Of a stretch of DNA of 39,203 nucleotides, positions 26,086 through 36,124 are shown piece by piece. The first letter of the stretch is position 1. Each line of letters begins with the position of its first letter. The position numbers and the translations under genes are program-made. The notes under the pieces were generated by a model. The model made no database searches, was not told the DNA's origin, and saw only the letters and a list, made by a program, of their open reading frames with translations. Origin of the DNA: an uncultured Candidatus Saccharibacteria bacterium (lineage in GTDB: Bacteria > Patescibacteriota > Minisyncoccia > Phycocordibacterales > UBA9973); contig CAYHBT010000004.1 in the NCBI GenBank assembly GCA_964354935.1, forward strand, positions 1-39,203, written 5' to 3'.

Positions 26086-26114
26086 AAAGCTACACCTGCG
26101 ACGAGTTTTCTTTT

Positions 26115-26753
26115 TTATTTTTTCAAAAACAATTCCCAGTCTTTTTTGAATATATATTTGCAAATTTGGAAAATGCTGTAAGTGATAAAATATGCAGACA
26201 AGACATCAATCGAATAATGGATATGTCCGAGAAGCACAACGATTGCGAAAGTGACGGAGAAACCCAGAAATATTATTCTGATGTTTTTATATTCCCAAAA
26301 AATCAATGCCAAAAGAAAAGGCAGACCGGTGTGGCCGGAGAAAAATAAATCATTGCCGGTAAATATGCCATCAAATACACTCTTATTGAAAAACTCCGAC
26401 TCTATCACAATACGAGTCGGAAAAGAGCTGATGTGCGTAAGGGAAACAAAAAGTGATCTAATCAAGGTGAACGCCCCGACGCATTTCATAGCAAATGGCA
26501 TATAGTTTGGGCGCCTGAGGCCTACAGCAAGTCCTACAAAAAGCAGTAAGACTGAGCCATAAACAAAAATTCCTTCCACATCGTGCACCCTGATGTTGCT
26601 TAGTATTAAATCCTCCACCGGATTGGCAGGTAGGCTGTTCACATAGCCGGTCGCGAGAAATTGCGTAATCAGGCTCACTGCCAGTAAAATAAAACCGCCG
26701 AAAAACGATATGAGAAAACTTTTATTCGAAAAAAAATATTTGTAAGCTTGCAT
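26115..26753 (-). CDS. PAP2-superfamily membrane enzyme, sphingomyelin/IPC-synthase-like C-terminal motifs
   Basis: DLFFSGHT and HIHYSIDV motifs; about 6 TM helices. Confidence 0.75.
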   Translation of the reverse strand: MQAYKYFFSNKSFLISFFGGFILLAVSLITQFLATGYVNSLPANPVEDLILSNIRVHDVEGIFVYGSVLLLFVGLAVGLRRPNYMPFAMKCVGAFTLIRSLFVSLTHISSFPTRIVIESEFFNKSVFDGIFTGNDLFFSGHTGLPFLLALIFWEYKNIRIIFLGFSVTFAIVVLLGHIHYSIDVLSAYFITYSIFQICKYIFKKDWELFLKK

Positions 26754-26761
26754 ATGTTTGC

Positions 26762-27574
26762 CTATTCTAACAAATTTTTATTTGTAATGAAAGATTCGAT
26801 TGCTTCCGACACCTCTTTTATATTATTCAGCACCACAATATGGTCGGCATTGTCAAACAGCACAAGCTTTGAATTTTTTATTTTTTGGGATATTGCGATT
26901 GAATTTTTTACCGGCGACATGGTATCTTTCGCTCCATGTACAATCAAAACCGGTACCTGTATTTTTTCTAAAAAATATTCTTGCTTCGGTCGGAGCGAGT
27001 GTTTTAGACAATAAGAATAAGCGCGCAAAGTGGTGTTCCTAACATCGGTATAGCATCTACCCAGACTCCAATCTGTCGAATTCGGGAATTTGGCATAATC
27101 GACATGATGCCCTAGTTTGGGAGAAAACGGCAGCCAGTCGAAAATTTTAGAGAGTTTCAGGACGAATCTGCCGATTTTTGATAGGAAGGTTTTTTCTAAA
27201 TCAAAAATCGGCGAAAGGAAGACAGTTGCCGACACATTTTCCGGATATAATTTTATATATTCTGCGGCAATCAGGCTGGCGAATGAGTGGCTGATCAAGA
27301 CAAATTTTTTAATATTGAGATGCGAAATTAAGTTATGAAGATCTTCAGCAAAGTGTGTGATTTCGTAATCATAATAGTTTGGGAATTTTTTCGATTTTCC
27401 GTGTCCGCGGATATCCAGAGTCAGGAGATTGTATTTATGTTCGAATATTTTTTCATATGGCCACCAAGCGGAAGATGAGCCGGAGAGTCCGTGCACAAAT
27501 ATCAAAGTTGGTTTCCCAGATTTAAATTCATTCGTCCGGTAGTATATTTCGTTGTTAAAAAGATATTCCTGCAT
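26762..27574 (-). CDS. Alpha/beta hydrolase
   Basis: FVHGLSG, DIRGHGKS, ISHSFAS, HGAKD, ADH. Confidence 0.85.
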   Translation of the reverse strand: MQEYLFNNEIYYRTNEFKSGKPTLIFVHGLSGSSSAWWPYEKIFEHKYNLLTLDIRGHGKSKKFPNYYDYEITHFAEDLHNLISHLNIKKFVLISHSFASLIAAEYIKLYPENVSATVFLSPIFDLEKTFLSKIGRFVLKLSKIFDWLPFSPKLGHHVDYAKFPNSTDWSLGRCYTDVRNTTLRAYSYCLKHSLRPKQEYFLEKIQVPVLIVHGAKDTMSPVKNSIAISQKIKNSKLVLFDNADHIVVLNNIKEVSEAIESFITNKNLLE

Positions 27575-27581
27575 TTTCTAA

Positions 27582-28763
27582 TTATTTCCTCAGAGCCGAA
27601 TAATAAACTTCTTCCAACAATTCCGCACTCTTATGTATATCATATTTTTGGATATCTTGGAGACTTTTTTCTCCCATCTTTTTTCTTAAATCTATATCGG
27701 TGATTAGTTTCAAAGCTTGGCGCGCCAAGTCTTCGTGATCTTTCGCTTTAAATAGAAATCCGTTACCGTCCACAAAATATCTAGACGCGCTCATTTTTGC
27801 GTCCGCCACTAAAATTGGTTTGCCGCAAGCCATCGCTTCAAGCACCACCATTCCTTCGAGTTCAGCAAGCGAAGGCAAGACGAAAATATCGCAAGCGTTG
27901 TAAGCCAAGATTTTATCTTCCTCACTGACTAGCCCCAAAAAGGTGATATATTTATCAACTCCTAGATTCTCCGCCAGCTTTTCCAATTTTGATCTTTGGT
28001 GTCCGCCGCCAACTAACATCACATGAATGTCAGGATATTTTTTAATGATATATGGTATCGCTTTGATTAAAGTATCGATAGATTTTTCCGGAAACAATCG
28101 GCCAACGAAAAGTAATTTTACTTTTTCGGGCGGTATATTAAATCGCTCATAGAAATCTCCAATAGCCATCGGCTTGAATTCTTTCAAATCTATTCCGTTA
28201 CTAATTACCACCGAAGGGTGATTTTTGTTGTTTAATTTTTCCAGCAAGGTGCGCGCCATTTCCGAAGGATAAATCAACACTTCTGATTTTCCATAAACCC
28301 ACGCGAGCCATCTATTCCAAAGATTGGAGAGCGCAGGTTGAATTATTTTCGGCATATCCATAAATAAATTTTCCGGTTGAGAGTGCGAATGCGCGACTAT
28401 TTTTATACCGAGCGCCTTGGCGGCTTTGATTGCCACAATAGCGCCGGACATCGGCAAAATTATATGTACCACATCAATTTTTTCTTCCTGAAAAATTTTC
28501 TTTAATTCTTTAATTGTCGGGAAAGCCAAATTCCACCCGCCGGACTTGGGGACGGGGAGTGAGCGGAAACGGTAAGCTTTTACTTCGTTGTGATGGCTGT
28601 GGTCTTTGTGTTCGGCCGACCGCGCGCCGATGAAAATGACATGATGTCCGCGTTCTTTTAGTAATTTTGAAAATCGAATAGTGGAAACCACTACACCGGA
28701 TTTGTTGCTACCAATCGGGTCGCAGATCATCGCGATATTCAGTTTATTTTTTTCAGTAATCAT
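27582..28763 (-). CDS. GT4 glycosyltransferase, diacylglycerol glucosyltransferase-like
   Basis: SGVVVS, ISNGID, FVGRLFPEKSID, PSLAELEGMVVLEAMACGKP. Confidence 0.85.
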   Translation of the reverse strand: MITEKNKLNIAMICDPIGSNKSGVVVSTIRFSKLLKERGHHVIFIGARSAEHKDHSHHNEVKAYRFRSLPVPKSGGWNLAFPTIKELKKIFQEEKIDVVHIILPMSGAIVAIKAAKALGIKIVAHSHSQPENLFMDMPKIIQPALSNLWNRWLAWVYGKSEVLIYPSEMARTLLEKLNNKNHPSVVISNGIDLKEFKPMAIGDFYERFNIPPEKVKLLFVGRLFPEKSIDTLIKAIPYIIKKYPDIHVMLVGGGHQRSKLEKLAENLGVDKYITFLGLVSEEDKILAYNACDIFVLPSLAELEGMVVLEAMACGKPILVADAKMSASRYFVDGNGFLFKAKDHEDLARQALKLITDIDLRKKMGEKSLQDIQKYDIHKSAELLEEVYYSALRK

Positions 28764-29327
28764 TTAAGAAATTATTTTTTTTGTTATCTTATATTTTCGT
28801 ATAAGTATAAATAACAAAATGATAAACGCGATCACACTCGCTCCTGCTGCGTAATAATCCAGATATTTACCTATGACCACATACGCTTTTCCAAACAACA
28901 TTCCGATTGCAAGCAGAATAATCGCTTGAGCAGCGGAAATCAAAATGCAAGTTTTAAAATATTTCTTGTACGGCACATGCAATATGCCGGCGGTAATCAA
29001 GCCTGTGGTGCCGAGTCCATATACCACTTTGGAAAAAAAGATTGCTTTTCTGTGATTTTCATGAAAATACACTTTCGCTTTTTCTATTTTTTCATCAGAA
29101 ATTTTAAAATAATGCAGGAATCTTTTTCCAAAATATCCGAAACAATAAGCTATTCCGTCTCCGACGACATCACCCAAGACCACCACTAGATAAATAACAA
29201 GGGGATTGAAAATACTAAGCGTCACCAAAAATCCAGCCACCACGGTCAAGATCGGTCCTTCCATCACGGACAATGGAATGATTATCCAGTATTTATATGT
29301 CAGCAAAAGTTCCATCATAGATGTCAA
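28764..29327 (-). CDS. DedA/VTT-family membrane protein
   Basis: EGP...AGFL, GDVVGD..AY.FG, AG..HVPYKKY. Confidence 0.8.
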   Translation of the reverse strand: MTSMMELLLTYKYWIIIPLSVMEGPILTVVAGFLVTLSIFNPLVIYLVVVLGDVVGDGIAYCFGYFGKRFLHYFKISDEKIEKAKVYFHENHRKAIFFSKVVYGLGTTGLITAGILHVPYKKYFKTCILISAAQAIILLAIGMLFGKAYVVIGKYLDYYAAGASVIAFIILLFILIRKYKITKKIIS

Positions 29328-29343
29328 TTAATACTACCACATT

Positions 29344-30015
29344 CTAATGCGCCACGGTAAAGGCGATGATTTTGCGGGCGCCCTTTTTTTTGAGAGTCTT
29401 TTTGGCTTCGGTCAAAGTCGCGCCGGTGGTGGCGATGTCATCTATCAAAATTATATTTCTTTTTTGAATTGCTTCCGCATTTTTTACGGCAAACGAACCT
29501 ATGATATTTTTCAATCTTTGACTTCGGTCTTTGATGCGCGCTTGGTGTTCGGTTTCTTTTGGTTTGATTAAAACATTTTTCTTTAAATTAAAGTTTAATT
29601 TCTCATTTACGCTATAGCGTATATTGTCTAATCTGATTAATTCTTTACATATCAATTCCGCTTGGTTGTATCCGCGCTCGTGATATCTTTTTTTAGAAAG
29701 GGGAATGGGAATCAAGATAGGGTCCCTGAAATTTTCCATCACAGAAAGTTCAGACAACTCTTCCATAATTTTTTCATACAAGACTTCGGCAAAGACGCCT
29801 GCCAATCTTTTCTTGCCCCGATATTTTAGCAGCCATAGCGCTTTTTTGATGGGCGGGTGGCGATAGTCGTATAAAGGGAAAATCCATTCTGCTGTCTCGC
29901 GTTCTGCGGCTGGGCTTTCCGAAAGACATTTCAAGCAAAATACTTTTCTATTTTTTCCGCAAGAGACGCATTTGGTGGGGAAAACTATGTCTAATATGCT
30001 GTTTAAAAATCGCAT
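29344..30015 (-). CDS. comF: ComF-family phosphoribosyltransferase-like competence protein
   Basis: FPTKCVSC...CLKC, PIPLS...RGYNQA, ILIDDIATTGATL. Confidence 0.92.
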   Translation of the reverse strand: MRFLNSILDIVFPTKCVSCGKNRKVFCLKCLSESPAAERETAEWIFPLYDYRHPPIKKALWLLKYRGKKRLAGVFAEVLYEKIMEELSELSVMENFRDPILIPIPLSKKRYHERGYNQAELICKELIRLDNIRYSVNEKLNFNLKKNVLIKPKETEHQARIKDRSQRLKNIIGSFAVKNAEAIQKRNIILIDDIATTGATLTEAKKTLKKKGARKIIAFTVAH

Positions 30016-30038
30016 AGTGTGATATTATATTAACATAA

Positions 30039-31184
30039 ATGAATAATCCGTTTACAAAAATACTTGCCAGTATAGGTAGTTTGACGGGCGGGGCCGAGAC
30101 CAGCGCTGTCGGCATTGATATCGGTTCTTCGGCGATTAAGGTGGTTGAAATAAAAAAGAAAGGGGGACGCGCAATACTCGAGACTTACGGTTCGATAGCG
30201 CTCGGTCCTTATGCCGGTCTTGATACCGGACGAGTCACCAATCTTTCCGTAGAAAAAACCGCCGAGGCTTTGAAAGAAGTTTTAAAACAATCCGGAGTAA
30301 ATATGGTCTCCGGAGCTTTTTCTATTCCCGTGCAGTCGAGTTTGATTTTCACCATTGAGTTGCCGTCGCAAGTGGTGGGAAGCGACATGTCCGACATAAT
30401 TTCCACCGAAGCTCGCAAATATATTCCGGTGCCTATCACAGAAGTTTCCTTGGATTATTTTGTCTTACCAAAGAAAGAGGCCTCTTTTGAAGAAATGAAT
30501 ATTGTTCCAGATGAAGCCAACCTCGCGCCGAAACCGCAAGCTGGAGAAAAGACGAATGTGCTCGTCGTCGCCACCCAAAACGATGCGATTTCCAAGTATC
30601 GCTCGATTGTTTCTGAATCCGCTCTATCCTCTTCTTTTTTTGAAATTGAAATTTTTTCTTCAATCAGGTCAAATTTCGAACACGAGCTCTCGCCGGTCCT
30701 GCTCATAGATTTCGGCGCATCGCGCACCAAGCTTTCCATCGTCGAATTCGGTATGATAAAAAGCTATCACACGATAGACAGGGGAGGAGCGGATATTTCC
30801 GATTCTATTTCCAAATCCTTAAGCGTGCCTTTCTCTGAGGCGGAAAAAATGAAAAAAGATTTTGGTCTTTTTGGCAATCCGACCGAAAAAAGTTTATCCG
30901 ATATTATCAAAATTCACATCGATTATATTTTCTCCGAGACAAATAATGTTCTTTTAGGCTATGAAAAGAGATATAATCGCACAATCAGCAAAATTATATT
31001 TACCGGAGGCGGATCTCTCTTGAAAGGCTTGAAAGAAGTGGCAGAAGGAAATTTTCGGGTGCAAATCGAAGTCGGTATGCCTTTCAATAAGGTTCATTCT
31101 CCGGAATTTTTGGCAAAAGTGCTCGAGACGATGGGCGTCGAGTTCGCCGTGGCGCTTGGTCTCGCTCTTCGCAAGCTACAGTAG
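30039..31184 (+). CDS. pilM: Type IV pilus assembly protein PilM
   Basis: VGIDIGSSAIKVVE, IDFGASRT, TGGGS, VALGLALR. Confidence 0.92.
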   Translation: MNNPFTKILASIGSLTGGAETSAVGIDIGSSAIKVVEIKKKGGRAILETYGSIALGPYAGLDTGRVTNLSVEKTAEALKEVLKQSGVNMVSGAFSIPVQSSLIFTIELPSQVVGSDMSDIISTEARKYIPVPITEVSLDYFVLPKKEASFEEMNIVPDEANLAPKPQAGEKTNVLVVATQNDAISKYRSIVSESALSSSFFEIEIFSSIRSNFEHELSPVLLIDFGASRTKLSIVEFGMIKSYHTIDRGGADISDSISKSLSVPFSEAEKMKKDFGLFGNPTEKSLSDIIKIHIDYIFSETNNVLLGYEKRYNRTISKIIFTGGGSLLKGLKEVAEGNFRVQIEVGMPFNKVHSPEFLAKVLETMGVEFAVALGLALRKLQ

Positions 31185-31245
31185 GCAGAGTTATACACAC
31201 TATATTTCATTTAAACTCTTTTTTGTAATATAATAGTAGTGTACA

Positions 31246-31857
31246 ATGGAGCCGAATTTTCAAACATCATTTATACCCAAAAAACCGATGGTGGCCGAAC
31301 GCGCAGTGCAAACCCATTCAATCGGGATTTTTACTATTATCGCCCTGCTTATTTTATTTACGGTGGGTTTGGCGACTGGGGGTCTTTATTTATACAAGGC
31401 GAGTCTGAAAAAAAATATCGCGGATATGGAAAATACTCTCAAGATAGCTAAAAATCGTTTTGAGCCAGCCAAAATAGCGGAGTTACAACTTTTAGACAAG
31501 CGTCTAAAAGCGGCGACCGAAGTTTTGTCTCGCCATATTGTCATTACTCCGGTTTTTGAAGCGCTTTCCGCTATGACTATGAAGACAGTGCGATACACCA
31601 ATTTTAGCTATAATTTGGCGGATGATAAAAAATCAAAAGTCACTATCAAAATGAAGGGATTAGCGGTCGGCTATCGTTCGGTGGCGCTTCAGTCCGATCT
31701 TTTTGCCACCAAAGAAGAAGGCAAGAATTTTATTGATCCGGTTTTTTCCAACCTAACTCTAGACGAAAAAGGCAATGTGATTTTTGATTTAGAATTTTCC
31801 GTAGATCCTTCTTTTGTAGATTATAAGCAGATGCTTTTAACGCAAAACGCGCTTTAA
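31246..31857 (+). CDS. pilN: PilN-like protein
   Basis: SFIPK motif, TM helix, coiled coil; position after pilM. Confidence 0.7.
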   Translation: MEPNFQTSFIPKKPMVAERAVQTHSIGIFTIIALLILFTVGLATGGLYLYKASLKKNIADMENTLKIAKNRFEPAKIAELQLLDKRLKAATEVLSRHIVITPVFEALSAMTMKTVRYTNFSYNLADDKKSKVTIKMKGLAVGYRSVALQSDLFATKEEGKNFIDPVFSNLTLDEKGNVIFDLEFSVDPSFVDYKQMLLTQNAL

Positions 31858-31864
31858 ATTTTTT

Positions 31865-32488
31865 ATGATCCGATTCATTATGCCGACAATTTTAATAGGA
31901 ATCAGCGTCGCTGTATTTTTTATGTTTGCTAGTCCTATTTACAGCCAGATTGGCGATCTCAAAACTCAAGTCGATTCTTTCAATGAGGCTCTTGATAATT
32001 CTAAAGCGCTTGAAAGCGCGAAAGACACGCTGACTCAAAAAAAGAATGCTATTGATCCGGCAAATTTAACCAAACTCGAGAAGCTTTTACCTGAAAGTAT
32101 CGACAACATTCGTTTGATTTTGGAAATAGAGCAAGTCGCTTTGCCTTACGGTATGACGCTCAAAGATGTGAAATACAGTTCGACTGCTCAAGTTGCAGCG
32201 GCGAATAATCCTGTGCAAGCGGCGGGAACGACACAAGCCGCCGCGACGGTCCAACCTTCCGCTAACTCAAATAAAGGTTATGGTGTTTGGGATTTGTCTT
32301 TTTCGACTACCGGAAGTTATAATAATTTCTTAAATTTCACGAGAGATTTGGAAAGCAATCTTCGAATCGTCGATGTGTCCTCAATCCAATTCTCTTCAAG
32401 CATTGCCACCGGCACAACTTCTGGTCCCACTTCTTCCGATTCATACAAGTACGATTTTAAAATTAAAACTTATTGGTTGAAAAATTAA
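31865..32488 (+). CDS. pilO: PilO-like protein
   Basis: TM, coiled coil, KLLP, GSYNNFLNF..DLESNLRIVDV. Confidence 0.8.
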   Translation: MIRFIMPTILIGISVAVFFMFASPIYSQIGDLKTQVDSFNEALDNSKALESAKDTLTQKKNAIDPANLTKLEKLLPESIDNIRLILEIEQVALPYGMTLKDVKYSSTAQVAAANNPVQAAGTTQAAATVQPSANSNKGYGVWDLSFSTTGSYNNFLNFTRDLESNLRIVDVSSIQFSSSIATGTTSGPTSSDSYKYDFKIKTYWLKN

Positions 32489-32489
32489 A

Positions 32490-32876
32490 ATGCCAAAAAT
32501 AAAAAACATTCTAATATTCGTCGGGATTGGGGTGGCTCTTGTTGCCATTTATGTTTTCTTGATAAAACCAAAACCACCTGTCGATTCGCTCGTTTCTTCG
32601 ACACCTTCAACTGCAGTCTCAAATAGTGTTTCGACGGACGATAATTCTCTAATCACGCAAGATTTTTTGAATCTGCTTTTAAATGTTAAAAATATAAAAT
32701 TAAATGACGCCATTTTTTCTGATGTCGCATTTACTAATTTAGATGGTTCTCATAGTATTACTCTCACACAAGATGGAACTGAGGGCAGACCAAATCCCTT
32801 TGCTCCGCTTGGGAGTGATATTTCGGCTGCAGCAAATAATTCAATCGTCAATCCGATAGTTCCTACGACCCCTTAA
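32490..32876 (+). CDS. Small membrane-anchored pilus accessory protein (PilP position)
   Basis: N-terminal TM; GRPNPFAP motif. Confidence 0.6.
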   Translation: MPKIKNILIFVGIGVALVAIYVFLIKPKPPVDSLVSSTPSTAVSNSVSTDDNSLITQDFLNLLLNVKNIKLNDAIFSDVAFTNLDGSHSITLTQDGTEGRPNPFAPLGSDISAAANNSIVNPIVPTTP

Positions 32877-32882
32877 TTTATT

Positions 32883-34622
32883 ATGAGTTTCTTAGAAGAA
32901 TTAACAAAAGAAGGACTAATCGACAAGAACCAATTAGGCGATCTAAAAAATCGCGCCAATGATAAGTTTGGCGGCAACATCGATGAAGCCTTGGTTGAAG
33001 CCGGAATAACCGAGGAAAAAATTCTCGAAGCGAAAGGAAAATATCTGAATATGCCGATCAAGAAAGTGAATCTCGAACACGCTTCTTTTAATGCCCTTAA
33101 ATATATTTCAGAAGACTCGGCTAGACATTATCATTTTGCGCCCATTGAGCTTAATGAGGGGATTTTGGAAGTTGGCGTTGTGGACGGGGAAGATGTGCAG
33201 ACGATGGATGCGCTCCAATTTATTTCTTCCAAACTCGGTATTCCTTTTAAGATTTATCTGATTACCAAAAGCGATTATGAAGGAATTATGGGAGCGTACA
33301 AAGGGCTCGGAAGTCAGGTGGAAGAAGCGCTCGACGAGCTCAACCAAGAAGAGGTGAAAGGTGTGAGCGAAGAAAATTTAAGCAAAGAAATAAAAAATAT
33401 CAAGCCGGGCGAAGAGGCGAAGATTGTCGAAGATGCGCCAGTAATAAAAATCGTGGCGGTTATTTTACGCAACGCTATTGAGGGTGGAGCTTCCGATATT
33501 CATATCGAATTTGGCGGAGAAAAAGTGAAGGTGCGTTTTCGTGTGGACGGCACATTGCATACCACGATTGTATTACCGCCAAATATTTACAGCGGAATAG
33601 TGGCGCGCATAAAAATTTTAGCTAAATTACGACTTGATGAAAAAAGAAAACCGCAAGACGGCAGTTTCAGTGCGAATATCGATGGACGCAAGGTGGATTT
33701 TCGTGTCTCGACTATGCCGGCATATTACGGCGAGAAGGTGGTTATGCGTATTTTGGATTCGGAAAAAGGGGTAAAGCCTTTAGACCAATTAGGCTTGTCT
33801 CCGACAAATCTGAATATGATTCGAGAGGCGCTCAAAAAGCCTTACGGACTCATTTTAATCACCGGTCCGACCGGTTCCGGAAAATCCACCACTTTGTATT
33901 CAATGATGAACGAGCTTGATAAAGAAAAGAGCAACATCGTCTCTTTGGAGGATCCGGTAGAATATCATATGCCAGACATAAACCAATCTCAAATGATGCC
34001 GGAAATCGGCTATACTTTCGCTTCCGGACTTCGTTCCATTTTGCGTCAGGACCCAGATATCATTATGGTCGGAGAAATTCGCGACAAAGAAACCGCTCAG
34101 CTTGCTATTCAAGCAGCTTTGACGGGGCATCTTGTTCTCTCGACACTACATACCAACAACGCGATTGGCGCTGTACCTCGATTAGTCGATATGGGTGTCG
34201 ATCCTTATTTGATTGCGCCGACTCTTGTGCTTTCTATCGCTCAGCGTCTTGCTCGTATGACTTTTCCAAGTTGTCGAAAACTCGTGCCGATGGATCCAAG
34301 CATTAAAATGCAGATTGAAGACCAAATGAAAGATTTGCCAGACGAATTCAAAAAAGAAATCGCTGTGAAGGGTGAAATGTACGACACGGTTCCTTCTGGC
34401 GAATGTCCTTCCGGCACCAAAGGACGCATTGCTATTTTTGAAATGTTCAAGGTGGACAAAGAAATGCAGAATGTGATATTAAAGAGCCCGACCAATGGAG
34501 ATATTTATAAGATTGCTCGAGAGAAGGGAATGCTAATGATGAAAGAAGACGCGATGCTCAAATCCGTGCAGGGAATAATTCCTTTTACCGAAGTTTACAA
34601 TTTCAGTAATGAGAATGAATAA
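32883..34622 (+). CDS. pilB: Type IV pilus extension ATPase (PilB/GspE)
   Basis: ASDIHIE, GPTGSGKST, EDPVEY, LRQDPDIIMVGEIRD, TGHLVLSTLH. Confidence 0.93.
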   Translation: MSFLEELTKEGLIDKNQLGDLKNRANDKFGGNIDEALVEAGITEEKILEAKGKYLNMPIKKVNLEHASFNALKYISEDSARHYHFAPIELNEGILEVGVVDGEDVQTMDALQFISSKLGIPFKIYLITKSDYEGIMGAYKGLGSQVEEALDELNQEEVKGVSEENLSKEIKNIKPGEEAKIVEDAPVIKIVAVILRNAIEGGASDIHIEFGGEKVKVRFRVDGTLHTTIVLPPNIYSGIVARIKILAKLRLDEKRKPQDGSFSANIDGRKVDFRVSTMPAYYGEKVVMRILDSEKGVKPLDQLGLSPTNLNMIREALKKPYGLILITGPTGSGKSTTLYSMMNELDKEKSNIVSLEDPVEYHMPDINQSQMMPEIGYTFASGLRSILRQDPDIIMVGEIRDKETAQLAIQAALTGHLVLSTLHTNNAIGAVPRLVDMGVDPYLIAPTLVLSIAQRLARMTFPSCRKLVPMDPSIKMQIEDQMKDLPDEFKKEIAVKGEMYDTVPSGECPSGTKGRIAIFEMFKVDKEMQNVILKSPTNGDIYKIAREKGMLMMKEDAMLKSVQGIIPFTEVYNFSNENE

Positions 34623-34651
34623 ACACAAGGCAAAAAAGCCAATATAATTTT

Positions 34652-35575
34652 ATGTCAAATTGGTTTTTTATAGCATTAGGCGCGCCGTTTTTATGGGCAA
34701 TCGTGAATGTTGCCGACAATTATCTCGTTTCCAAATTCTCCACAAAAGAAAAAGAGCGTAGCTCGGGCGGCCTAGTTCTTTTTTCTAGTTTGATTGGCAT
34801 TTTTATCGCCTTTTTAATTTGGATTTTTGTTCCAGATGTTTTCAACATTCCGATTTTTGATAAGTTCCTGCTTTTTGTTTGTGGAATTTTAACTATTGTT
34901 TGGATAGTTCTGTATTTATTTTCTCTTGAGATAGAAGAAACTTCCTCGGTTGTGCCGTGGTTTCTTTCTGTTCCTGTATTTGGGTACATACTAGGCTACA
35001 TTTTTCTTGGTGAAATGTTGACCTTAAACCAATATATCGGTTCTGGAATAATTTTCCTTGGTTTAATTTTGATTTCTTTTAATTTTGAGCCGGAAAAAAA
35101 AGGTTTCAAAGGCAAACATATATTTTATATGCTCTTTGCTTGTGTTGCTATCGCTATTTCAGGAGTCATTTTTAAATATGTGACTATTGGAGAGAATTTT
35201 TGGGTTTCTTCTTTTTGGGAATATCTCGGTTTGGGAATTTCTGGTCTATTTATTTTTCTATTTATTCCGCACTATAGAGAATCTTTTCTGCATATGAATA
35301 GGACAGGAGGCAATACAATTTTAGCTGTAAATATTGTAAGCGAGCTGATGTCGATTGCTGGAAACTTGCTGACTAATTTTGCCTTACTTCTCGCGCCGGT
35401 TACTTTGGTATACCTTGTGTCTAGTTTTCAGCCGGCAATTGTCCTTTTCTTAACCCTCATTGCCACAAAATTCTTGCCGCATATAGCAAAAGAAAATATA
35501 ACGAAACACACCCTGCTGCCGAAAATCATCGCGATTGTGATTATGACAATCGGCAGCGCCGTCCTTTTTTTGTAA
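34652..35575 (+). CDS. EamA/DMT-family transporter
   Basis: About 10 TM helices in two repeats; FLGE motif. Confidence 0.8.
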   Translation: MSNWFFIALGAPFLWAIVNVADNYLVSKFSTKEKERSSGGLVLFSSLIGIFIAFLIWIFVPDVFNIPIFDKFLLFVCGILTIVWIVLYLFSLEIEETSSVVPWFLSVPVFGYILGYIFLGEMLTLNQYIGSGIIFLGLILISFNFEPEKKGFKGKHIFYMLFACVAIAISGVIFKYVTIGENFWVSSFWEYLGLGISGLFIFLFIPHYRESFLHMNRTGGNTILAVNIVSELMSIAGNLLTNFALLLAPVTLVYLVSSFQPAIVLFLTLIATKFLPHIAKENITKHTLLPKIIAIVIMTIGSAVLFL

Positions 35576-35719
35576 GAAATATGTTAAAATGGCTCTATGC
35601 GTGAGAGCGCAGTGTCCGAAAAATAATCCAAGAAGTTGTCCACAGTCTGTTCAAAAAAAAGTCAAGATATAGTATAATCAGTCGCAGTGGCGGTTTATTA
35701 ATTAAGAGGGTTCAAATAT

Positions 35720-36121
35720 ATGGACGGAGCAAAAAAGAAAATTTTAATAGTTGATGACGATTCATTTCTTTTGGATATGTATGCGCTCAAATTTAGCCAA
35801 AATAATTTTGAGGTTCATACGGCTGGCGGGGGAGCGGAGGCGATAGACAAATTAAAAGGCGGACTTGCTCCTGATGTGATGCTGATGGATGTAATTATGC
35901 CGGAGATGGACGGTTTTGAAATGTTGGCAAAAATAAATATGGAGAAATTGTGTGTAAATTGTGTAAAAATAATTTTGTCCAACAAAAGCCAACAGTCAGA
36001 TATAGATGAAGGAAGTAAATTGGGAGTAGCTGGATATATTGTGAAAGCGAATTCGACTCCGGTAGAGGTAATAACCCAAGTGGTAGATATTTTAAATAAA
36101 AAAACTGTTCAAAAACCATAA
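35720..36121 (+). CDS. Single-domain response regulator (CheY-like)
   Basis: ILIVDDD, MDVIMPEMDG, ILSN, YIVK. Confidence 0.9.
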   Translation: MDGAKKKILIVDDDSFLLDMYALKFSQNNFEVHTAGGGAEAIDKLKGGLAPDVMLMDVIMPEMDGFEMLAKINMEKLCVNCVKIILSNKSQQSDIDEGSKLGVAGYIVKANSTPVEVITQVVDILNKKTVQKP

Positions 36122-36124
36122 ATT

